Notes under the pieces: model-generated | The model's database searches: none | Told to the model about the DNA's origin: nothing | Seen by the model: only the letters and a program-made list of their open reading frames with translations | In this document: piece after piece, positions 38,405 through 50,400 of the stretch | Position numbering within the stretch: the stretch's first letter is position 1 | Layout of the letters: every line of letters begins with the position of its first letter | Translations under genes and position numbers: made by a program | From: Haliotis rubra | Lineage: Eukaryota | DNA: 64,000 bases | NCBI RefSeq assembly: GCF_003918875.1 | Contig: NW_025767088.1 | Span: forward strand, 62,001 to 126,000 | Reading direction: 5' to 3'

Positions 38405-41400
38405 ATGGCAGACGAGGAAACAAAGCAGTACGTTGAAGCCTGTGCTCCGGACGATGCTACAGTTAATTCCAAATGTTTTGAGGTCCATCGTGTCGGGATC
38501 ACCATTCAAGAAAACGTTGAGTACTACTCTAAATGGGCAGACAATGGAATATATGACCAGGTATGCGCGCCGTCATTGAACACATTAAACTACGTTTATT
38601 ACGAAGAATAAGGAAGGATACCAATGTATGGATGAACAACTTCTTTATTGCTGTGAGAGCGACGTTTCAGTGTAGGTTCTAACACCGTTATCAAGCAAGT
38701 GATGAACAGCATAAGGATGAAGGAGCATATATACAAATTTGAGCAGATGTTTGTACAGTACAATGGGGATGAGGCCTGCAAAGTACACAAGGGGAAGTGA
38801 AGCCTGTGGTATACATAAATATGGGATTATAAGGATGATTAATGAGTTGCATACATAAACGGCGGTTTATCGTTGATGAGGATCTTTAATGAGCTGGTAG
38901 TATGCAGGAGGTATCTTGGTAACGGTTGATTGATGGCTGGAGTCTCTGGATGTAGATGGCTTCTTGGAGTTTCCTGAGCTTATAGTCTTTGAGGTTGGCT
39001 CTTAGGGTTTGGGTTTTGTCCCACTGGATATTGTGGTCGGGGTTGTCTTTGAAGTGATCTGATAGGGCTGATTTTGAGTCTAGTTGGATACTGAGGTCTG
39101 ATGCTCTTTGATTCGGGTTTTGAGGGGTCTTGATGTTTCACCTACGTAGGTCTGTCCACAATCGCAGGAGACGTGGTCAACTGTTCACTGTGGTTGTTGT
39201 ATCTGGCTGGTTGGTGGCTTGCTAAAAGCCAACCTCAAAGACTATAGCTCAGGAAACTCCAAAAAGCCATCTACATCTAGAGACTCCAGCCATCAATCAA
39301 CCGTGACCAAGGTTACTACATACCTCCTGCATACTACCAGCTCATTAAAGATCCTCATCAACGATAAACCGCCGTTTATGTATACAACTCAGTAATCATC
39401 CTTATAATCCCCTATTTATGTATACTACAGGCTTCACTTCCACTTGCACTTGGCAGGCTTCATTTGTTAACGCTTTCATCTAAGCCCATGCGTTCTTATT
39501 GTGTCTGGCTTCCTAATCCCCATTGTATCTGTACAAACATCTGCTCAAACTTGAATACATGCTCCTTCATACTTATGCTGTTCATCACTTGCTTGATAAT
39601 GGTGTTAGAACCTACACCGAAACGTCGCTCTCACAGCAATAAAGAAATTGTTCAACCATATATTGTTATCCTTCCTTACTGCTCTTACTTCTAAATGCCT
39701 TTCAAAGAAGAATCTTATGACGAACTGACTAATATAACGAACTGATATTTCGGTTCCAGTCATTTACTGTAATTTAGTTCAATCTGATGTTTACGAACTA
39801 AAATCAGTGGTCCCTATGAGTTCGTTTTTGCCGTAGGTTATTGTATATACTGAGCACTGTCTTATTGTACACTGTATCTAGCCAGCAGCTATGATACTGA
39901 TCTAGTATTACTTGAAGCGTTTAAATCTTCACTCACTGTATTCACTCACATTAAGTAAATAGCCTCCCTTGACTTCAGTTATGTAAAAGCCACCATCACC
40001 CGATAACGACATCCTCACTTCCTCTCCTTAGCACCGCCACTGCCACCCGACCCTCCAAGCCCTCTTTCCCACCCCTCTCCAATCCCACCCCAACCCCACC
40101 TCTTTGAAAAAAGCTCTTCAGTATGCTAAAAGCCTGTTCGTCGTAAACGTTGTTTACTGAAGTCGAAAAACACCAACATATTGTCACAGAATTATATACA
40201 TGTGTGCCATGCCACGGTATTCTATAAATAGAATTAACTACTGTGTGTGAATGAGGCATTTGGTTTTAACCACGCTTTCAGCATCATTTCAGTTAGATCA
40301 CAACTTGTCAGCTTCACGTGGAATGAACACACGGAATAATGCTAGTATCAAACACTTGCCACATTCAGGATTACGAGCACGATGATAGTTCTGGCGAACC
40401 CACAAAAATAACTGAAGCTAATCGGGGTTCCACCATGCGAAACAGGTTTCAGGCAACCCGTTACAGCGGTAACCTCCCCAAACCCCTACAGCTTATAACA
40501 ACAAAGTTCATGGTCCAATGCACTGCTAATCTCCTGCCTGTTACCTATTTCATACAATGGACCAGCCCAAACAATTAGAAGTTAAAAAAATGATTTTAAT
40601 GACCAAGAGAATGAGAGAATAGTTTTAATGGATGATAACCAAAATATTTATAGCTTCTAACGATTCAAATACGGGTAGTCCCGGAGAGTCTCCCTAATAG
40701 GTTTATTTCAAAGAGTAGACAAACCGGGAGTGATCAGCTATACAGGTACAGTGCATTATTAAGTATATAGGTGCTCCATTTTATATGTTTATATCCATGA
40801 GTAGACAAAAGGGGAGCAGTCATATTTGGAGTAGTCATAATGGGAAGATACCAATCTCACACTGTATACTCTACCCCAATAATAATAATAATCTCTTCTT
40901 GGGGTCAGTGCATTATGCCAGACAGGTAAATGCCACGTGTTGTTTGAACTAATTGTAGGGGTACTGGGCTGTAGGGGGTTGGGGAGACAACCGTCACAGC
41001 TAATTGCGGCGCCTTAGCTGATTTCGGGTGCCTTCCGCGCCCTGTTACTCTACTGCAACAGTTGACAAATGTAAGATGTTTACTAGTCACGAGGGGAACA
41101 TGGGTTGATGTACCCTCTTGTTTATAGAGGGTGCATCAACCCATTGGCCCCAAGGGACCAGTCACCAACATATTTATCTTACCGAACACCTCAATGATAA
41201 TTTTGATCTGTTTGAAGCACGGATATCGGATCGTAATAAGGAGTACCAGAGTTAGGCAATTAGCTAATACAAGATTTTTAGATGACATAGAATCTAGCAG
41301 ACGACAAGAAAAATAAATTTAGAGTTATTTCAAGTCCATCGATTTGCATTCGCAAAATATCGGTAATTTCCGCACATCATACGTGACTGAATTATTCGAG

Positions 41401-44400
41401 ATAAAGAATTACTAACACAAAGTACCGAATGAATTCCCACAGTTCGGCCTTTCCATCGGGTAACATAGAAAATGTTACAAGCTTGTAAGCGGGGTACATT
41501 GGAAATAGTACAAAAGCGCTCAGCCAGTCCGAAAAACGACATTTATGTGTAACGTAAGATAATCGTGAATGGACAGTGCATTGATGATATCATTATTACT
41601 CTGACACGTATGTTGCTGCAAAGTTAGCATGTACTGAATCATCACTGTCTGGGTAAATATATTGTTTCTGTGTATTTTTCAGGACTTGTGTTCGGAACGT
41701 TACCAGGGACCAGTCATTGCTGCAAATGTTCTAACGGAGCATTTCAATGACAACATCACAGAGACGAAAATATTAGACGTTGCGGCTGGAACCGGCTCAG
41801 TAGGGAAAGAGGTAGACATTCATGCGCATGCCCTCCACCCAATACACGCGTGGAGGGGTACCGGTGCTAGTGCATGAGTTCCCCTATATTTTGTCATTAG
41901 TGTGTACCTGGGATATTGCTGAATGCTGCTTAAAACAACCAGTTTAAATATACAGGGAATGTGTTTCGTTTACTGAGTATATATATGTTCCCTCAGAAAT
42001 GTCTAACATATAAACAAAGTCAGAACTTTCACGATCATCACTTTAGTATTTTATGAGAAAGCATCATAATTATTATAAGCGTATTATCGTTGCGATTTTT
42101 ACAGCGCCAATTCGCAGAGAATCAATCACAATGGTTATGACGAAGCAATGATTGGGGAAATTACACACGGGTATATGTTCATACAGAATTAGTTGTTTCT
42201 AGCTTCAGGATCGAGGTTTCTCCAGAACAAGCTGCAGGGATGTTGGAACAATCCAGGAAGAAGAACATCTACACCAACTTCTACTGTAAATTCCTGGACG
42301 ACAACCGTCTCCCAATAGCAGGTCTCTCAAATATGTTTATCTCTTTTACAGCTTCAGGACCGAGGATTTAAGCATCTGGATGCTCTAGAACCAGCGGCAG
42401 GGATGTTGGAACAAGCCAGGAAGAAGAACATCTACACCAACTTCTACTGTGAGGTTCTGGACGGCAACCGCCTCCCAATAGATGATGGTGAGTAACATTC
42501 TGGGTTGGTTTGTAAATGTTCCATACGTTTTATCAATTCATCCGAAACAATACTCATAACTTGCCTGTTAAAGCGACATTCCTTTTAATAGGCTTGTTTC
42601 TCATAATAAAGAAGTTGATATCTGTAAAATTCTCTACTCTTGTGCATCGCTTCCACATGCCATTATAAGATTTCCTGAGGCTCTGTATTGAACATATATA
42701 TGTTTTCCATGGCAACAATATTATAGGTTTGTTTGTTTGTTTGTTGTTTAAAACCGCACTCAGCAGTATTCCAGCTATATGGCGGCGGTCTGTAAATAAT
42801 CGAGTCTGGGACAGCCAGTCCGCGGATCAAGAGCATGAACATCGATCTGCGCAATTGGGATACGATAACACGTGTCAACCAAGTCAGCGATTCTTATCAC
42901 CCGCTAGTCGCCTTTTACTACCAGCATGGGTTGCTGAAGACCAATTCTAACCTGTATCTTCACGGTTGCTTTGGGACTGGGAACCTGTTCGACCCCTGGT
43001 GATATGGAACAACATCGCAACAGGACGAGAACGTCATATTTTCATTGGGAAAAGAATTCCGTTTATTCACCCTCCTTGTTTTGTTATTTTAAAGAATATT
43101 CTTCATTTGCAGACACATACGACTGCTGTGTTATATCGGGGGGTATGGGTGAAGGGCAGATTCCATGCCACGGGCTATACGAGCTGATTAGAGTAACTAA
43201 ATCAGGTGAGTTGTATTGGAAGCAAATGATTCATCCACGTCACAGGTTACAAATAAGAGTCAAAACAGTAACTGTATGGTTTTGCACCACTTTTAGCAGA
43301 AATAGAAATAGGCTTCACACAATGTCCCCACGTGGGGAATCGAACTCGGGTCTTCGGCGTGACGAACGGGCGTTTTAACCACAAGGCTACCCAACCGCTC
43401 CTCAAGCAACACATGTACAATGAGCGGATCGAAGGGAGTACGTTTCCAACTGGAACTGGAACGTGTAATGCATTTTTCAAATAGATCTTTATCAGCTCCA
43501 TGTAAGCATGATCTCATTAATTGATTTTAGTTCTAACAGCTATTATATCAAACTTTTTTTTTTTCTTTTTTTATCATAACATATACATTTGATCATAATA
43601 TATATATGATAGAAGTAACACTATACTCTTTGAGAAGGCTTATAATGTGGATCAGTTATGCCAAGGCCATCCTTTAATCTTAACTCGATGTGTCAAAACA
43701 AACTGACATACACTCAAAACATATTGATACCGATATGGTCAGTGCATGGTCAGATCATTCATGGGACAGGGTCACTCTTGAGTGAAACTTAAGGGAAGTG
43801 ATTTAATCCTGCCACAATGATAAGTGGGGACTACGGGTTTGCTTTTTGGCTCCCATCCATCTATGCTTGTCGTAAGTGGCGTCAATATGAATTGATCTAG
43901 AAGCCAGACCCCCAAAATGGTAAACAAATGTGGTGCAGTTCGGGCGACCAAACGGGATGTGATTTTTCACACAATCAGGAATGATTTAGCTTTGATTGCC
44001 AGCCGGTTGTCATCAGTTACCGTGCCTGACTACCGTGCAGGGGCCCTTTTAAGGTGAAACATGTCATGTCAGTTGTGGCAATATTTTAACCGATAGCTGG
44101 ATGGTTTAAGTTAATAACTCTGCTTTGGATTGACCGAGTTTCATAAAAATAGTAGTTTTGGAATGCTCAGTTAATGATTTATAATTGTGGACAATAATAT
44201 TACGTATATGCTAATCGCAACAAAAAAATTAGTAAGGTTAAAGGTCAATTTTATTAGAAAGGCCATTTGATGGGAAAATATGAGTTGAACTTTACAAATT
44301 AAAGGTACTTTTTCCAAAATGATGTTTTTTTGTGATGCAGATATATCATTTGAGGATCATATATACCTTTGGTTGTCACTGTATGCATGAAAACACATTA

Positions 44401-47400
44401 AAAGGTAACAAAGGTTGGTACTTTGTATTTAGATCAGCAAAATATTACATAATGTCTGTTCAACTGTAACAGTTCCATGCTTTACATAGTATCAAAGGTG
44501 TAATGTGTGGAGCCCATTTCTGGTGTCCCCCGCCGTGATGTTGCTGGAATATTGCTAAAGGCGGCATAAAACCATAAGTGCCTACTTTTATGGAAAGCCC
44601 AAAGATATCCCTAGACAATATTCATATAAACATTTTGCTTCTACTGTAACGTTCATAAAAATATGCAGGCCTCAGTTTTTTGAAGCTACAACTTCCTGTA
44701 CATATGCACAGATATGAAGTTGAAGAAGGTCCACAGAAACGATTTAGTTTTAACTTATTTGCAACTTTATCAAATTTACAAATTTAAGGTAATTTTACCA
44801 AAAAATATGTTTTTCTAATTCAGCTATATCATTTGAAGATCATACATACCTTTGTTTGGCAACAAACGTTGTTACTTTGTATTTTGATCAGCAAAATATA
44901 AGATAATTTCAGCTCCATGCTTTATAAAGTAGCAACAATACTAAATATTTCGAAGATACTGTTGAACTATCATACAAATTTCCGTTTATTGACATTCTGG
45001 CAGAAACAACAATTCAGGTGATGTTAGAAGGAGATATGTTTTGATAAATGTCAGTATTGTTTATAGTTGTGTCACTTCACGCTCCAGCTGCACTGCACTG
45101 TACTGACATGCCGTGAAACCCTTAAAGCTGATGGATAATAATATGACATCTTAATGGAAGGTTTGCAAGTGACATTATGGTGTGCCATTTTTCTGTTTAC
45201 AATTTGAAATATTACGACTTTGGTTTTCTTGACATATTTTACACCGGCAATCATTAATACATTGTAAAAGATATGACACACTAATCAAAGAGGCATTATG
45301 GTAGCTTACCACCAAATATACACATCCCTCATATACCTCTGAAATACATAGTATTTTCATTACATTCCTGTTGATTGTAATAGGTGGTGTAATTTCCGAC
45401 CCTTTTCTAAGTTTCTTGGGTTCGAAATATAAATATTTCCTTAGGTGGAGAAACATTTGTAAATTTGTAAATTTGTAAATGTTTTCATGGCTTAAAACCT
45501 TGTGTATCATTCCGGATATCAAGGGTATGTATTTGAACACTTTTATATGTTCATGTCACCAGTACTAAAACAAAATGGTCACAGAAAAACTGGGTTCACA
45601 TTGTTATGCAAGCGGACAGGTTTCTATTACGTCGCCAACTTAATCATTTCGCTTCACCCACTGTCAGTTCTTTAGGCAAATGTGAGTGGGAGAAAAGGGC
45701 TACAGATGTTACACATTGAGATTTGATAGTTGTTTAGGCTATGCAATATGTTATTACTCTCTCCTGGTTTATTGGTTGTTAACTGACAACAACATTACAA
45801 TTTGCGATATGTTTCGCATCCATGCATTATACAATGCAGTCCTTGATTCATGATTCATGCACTCAATCATTAACATAACATCTGTGAAAATACTTGTGAT
45901 CGGAACCTGCTTAAAGCGGCATTGCTCACAGGTACTTTAACACAGTGTTGTTTTAGTTTTCAAAGTCCGTTAAGGTAACCTTGTTTTGAAATGTATTGAT
46001 TTAATATTTTAAGCAACACTGCAGGTTATCTGGAGGTCTGGACGTATCAGCGCATTAACGCCTTGAACAGATACCTCCCATCTTTCCTCTATTTCCACTA
46101 CCCCCTGGATAATTGGAGAAAATAATCATCCTAATTAAAAGATCGCACAAGGCATCATATATACAATGTACTTGGATTAGCCTTTTCATATTCCATAAAA
46201 TCAAGCAGATATTCAATATCATAAATGCACGACGTTTCTGGGCTACTTCTTGTCCATGCATCAGGTGAAAGGGCAAGAAGCAGCCCAGAAACATCGTGTT
46301 TTAAATAATAAAGAAGTTATAAATCCATACCATACGTTGTTATGTTACCTTCCAACTTCTAATGCCCATTAGGCATCTTCATGTTGATCGGTTTACAGTG
46401 CAAACATTATGAAAATTTTCCCATGATTAAATATAGCGGTTAGGATGTAGTTGTGTGGCATGTCATCAATATGGACAACAAGATCAAGGAGACACCCATC
46501 TTCATTTGAAGTGTGTTTGCGGAAAGGGTTAGCACATTTTGCCCTACCTTCAGTACACGCACACGCACACACCATAATTACAGGATCCTGGCACGTTAAA
46601 CAAAGCGTAAGCCTCGGAAAATAGGAACTTTTGATTGCAGTGTACAACTCCGTACATACTGCATTAGCCCCAGTGAGCACGGAGATTCAGAACCAGTGGG
46701 GTTCTAGACTGGCTTCATCTTGGACTATTTGCATTACAGAAGGGGTTTCGGCCGAAAGTTTGGAGCATGAAACAGACTACTGACATGTGTAAGGTTCCAG
46801 CGATACAGGGCGCATGTGGTTCTTACAAGGAGAGAAACACATTTTAAAAACCTAATCTCCTATTAGCATTCGTATTTCAGAAAATAAATATATAGATCTG
46901 GGCAAGCAGAAGATGTCCTTCATTTGAAACACGCTCTGCTGATCACAGCTTGTGGCTTCATAATGTCTGTTGTTGGAACAATGCTGTTGTCTACTGCCGA
47001 CTCGGTAGTGTTCATCTGGTTGAGGTCTGTCAGTGTTTCAGAACTGACGCTGTATTGTCGACGTTCATAAGCTGATGAAGATAATGATTCACATGAGCCA
47101 ATTCCATGATGCGATAACTATTGTCAATTCATTCACTCTCTGTTTCAAGGACAACGTAGTCATGCGACATACTGAAATGGGGAAATGAAACACAGTTGGT
47201 CTTTTAGCATCCATCTAGACGAGGTCACCCGCTGCTGTTAAAATGTATAGACGATTTCAAGGTTTTCCACGCAAAATCTAAAGCATCTGTCAACGTATAT
47301 ACCAACTTCTGTAGGTGTATTGAATAGCTGATAGTAATCATATGCAACTTGACAGTTGGTTCTCTGGGGTACGACTTATGCAGAGACCAGTTGATATTGG

Positions 47401-50400
47401 AGACATACATCGTGTTGTCTATAATAGCATTGGGAATGATCTACAATCCATATCATGAGACTGACTATGCATTTATTCAATAACCTATCTCACAGGTTCA
47501 CAAATATGTTGGGCAAAAATTGATGTTCAGCAACCCATGTTGTCGTAAGAGGTAAATAATCTGATCAGGTGGTCGTTCTCACTTACTTGTTTGATGCATG
47601 CCATCGTATCCCCCTTACGAAGATCGATGCTCATAGTGTCATGACCATGTTATGTGTAACTCTTTGTGTATATCATTACATGTTACTAAAACTGAGACCT
47701 GCATATTTTTATTAACGTTACAGTAGAAGCAAGCTGTTTATATGAATATTATCTAGGAATATATTTGGGCTGTCTATAAAAAGTAGGCACTTATTGTTTT
47801 GTATTTAAAGCAATACGTTTCTGTCGTAATAGATTTTCATCAAATATTCCTGTGTGATAAAGTTGCAAATAAGGTACGACTAAATCGTTTCGGTGGACCT
47901 TCTTCAACTTCATATCTGTGCATGTAAACGTCAATGGAAGGTGTAGCTGCAAGCGGTTGAACCTGTTGTGTACTTCAGCGTGTGGATGTGGACTTGAAAC
48001 ATGTTCCCGTGATCTTGACATTGTTGATACTGACTAACATGTCAACTGGGAATACACAATGACTATTAAGAACAATAAATACAAATTGATATGAAGGAAA
48101 TGTTGCTTGAGTTATGATAAAATGACTGACTCACCATTCTTTGATGAGCAAAGAAAGAAATTTGGAATAATAGAATTATACATTTAAGACCTTTCTGTTA
48201 TGTTCTGTGATTTTAATGATAGTCTAACAGTATCTTCGACATATTTGGTATCGTTGATACTATGTGAGTGAGTATGTTTTACGTCGCGTTTAGCAATATT
48301 CCAGCAACATCACGGCGGGGGACACCATAAATGGGCTTCACACATTGCACCCTTGATACTATGTGAAGCATAGAACTGTTACAGTTGAACAGACATTATG
48401 TAACATTTGGCTGATCTAAATACAAAGTACCAACCTTTGTTATCTTGTAATGGTTTTTCATGGATACATATGTATGATCTTCAAATGATATAGCTGAATC
48501 AGAAAAAAACATCTGTTTGGAAAAATTACCTTTAATTTGTAAAGTTCAACTCATATTTTCTCATCAAATGGCCTTTATATTAAAATTTATCTTTGACCTT
48601 ACCATTTTTGTTGCTGCGATTAGCATATATGTAATATTATTGTCCACAACTTTAAATCGTGATCTAAGCATTCCAAAACTACTATTTTGATGAAAATCGG
48701 TCAATCCAAACCAGAGTTATTACACTGCACCACATTTTCACCATTTTGGGGCACCCGTGAAGAGCCACCTCCTCGTGGTAGGTGCTGGGTAACGCTAAGC
48801 GCTCTTCAACCCCCGTGTGGACCCGGGGGTATATTTGGTCCACCAACCCGTTTGCCGTGGGTTGCGCCCCTGTGTCGGTTGAGGACGGGAGCCTGGTGGT
48901 TGAGGGCACTGGTTCCAGGAATAGCGTTCCTTTGCCCAACACACCACTTCGCCCCTTACTTCACCTAGACGGGTGGTTGAATGGGCCCGGTTCAACCAAT
49001 CGGCTGGTCATGCCGAGCCCTGAGCACTAAACTTTTATTGCTCTGTTATTATTTGGCTTGGTTTTGTGATACATTTTGGAACTATTTTGTTATTTGTATG
49101 TATATAATATATGATACATGGATTTTCAAATTGAGAAAAATGCCTAGATGCTGGTGCCAGAAGGCAATGGCTCATGGGCCAAACTGGTAAGTCTTTCTAC
49201 TGGTGTATATCATCCCTATATCCCTAGTATCTGTCTGTTGGACATCCACAGGTAATAAGATACTGCCTCTCTTGGCACTCGGTGGCGGGTGGGTAGTAGG
49301 GATGACGAAACTTTATTTATACAATCATGGCGTTTCAAACCCCCCTTAAAAATCAAAGCGAACACTTGAAAACGATTCTGAGACTGATGATGTTTCTCTC
49401 AATTCGAAATCAGTGGAGTACTGGCCTAGATTCCTGGTGCTGGAAACACCCGATAAGACCCCAATTAAACTGAACCCTTTTGCTGTTGCTACGGGCATTC
49501 AAGGGATAGCGGGTGATGTAAAAAACAGGATCAATCCTTATTGAATGTGTTAAAAGACAACAAGCCACAAACTTGCTGTCAATTGATGAACTTGTTGGAG
49601 TCCCTGTTTATGTTTCTCCACACAGATCTCTCAATACCAACAGAGGGATCATAAGAGATCGGGACACACTCTTGGAAGATATGACAGAACTGGATATTGT
49701 TTATGAAATGAAAGAACAGGGAGTAACCTTTGTGAAAAGGTTTACCAGACGTCAAGGTACAGAAACAATTCCAACAAATACGTACCTTTTTTCATTTTCA
49801 TCCCCAGCAGCACCCAGATGAGTCAAAGCAGGTTATTGTAAAATTGATGTTGAAATCTATATCCCAAAGCCATTGAGATGTTTTAAATGTCACAATTTCG
49901 GCCATGGTGTAAATTCCTGCAAAAATAATATCATATGTGCGCACTGTAGTGAAACTACTCATGTCACTGAAGATTGTAAGAGTGATTTCAAAAGGTGTAA
50001 GAACTGAACTCTTTCTCAATAAATCGTGTCCAGTCTTGAAAAGAGAAATGGAAATCAACAAACTAAAATGCACAAGAAACATCACTTATATGGAAGCAAA
50101 GAAACTTGTGCCAAGTAATGAACAGACTGAGACGTATGCATCTGTGACCAAAACAATGTCAGACAGATTTGACATGGGTGAATTCCATTAACCCAAAGCC
50201 AATCGTACCATCTGATTCTGCTACCCAGACCGCTGTTCAAATTCCAGACACTGATTCTTCACCTTCTATGACAACTAAACCACCCTCTGTGGCAACTAAA
50301 CCACCTTCCGTGGCACATAAAACACCTTCACGGTCAGACTTAAATCATCAACCGTCACCAAAAGCACCGGTACCTTCTGGAAAAGGACAAACTGTTAAAA

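Larger units (their letters stand above)
38595..39720. mobile_element. Penelope-like element 3' fragment with an inverted partial copy
   Basis: Minus strand 39177-38900 encodes a GIY-YIG-type endonuclease relic (SCDCGQTYVGETSRPLKTRIKEH...SALSDH...RKLQEAIYI...PSINR). The region 39220-39690 is an inverted copy of 38600-39000. Confidence 0.85.
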
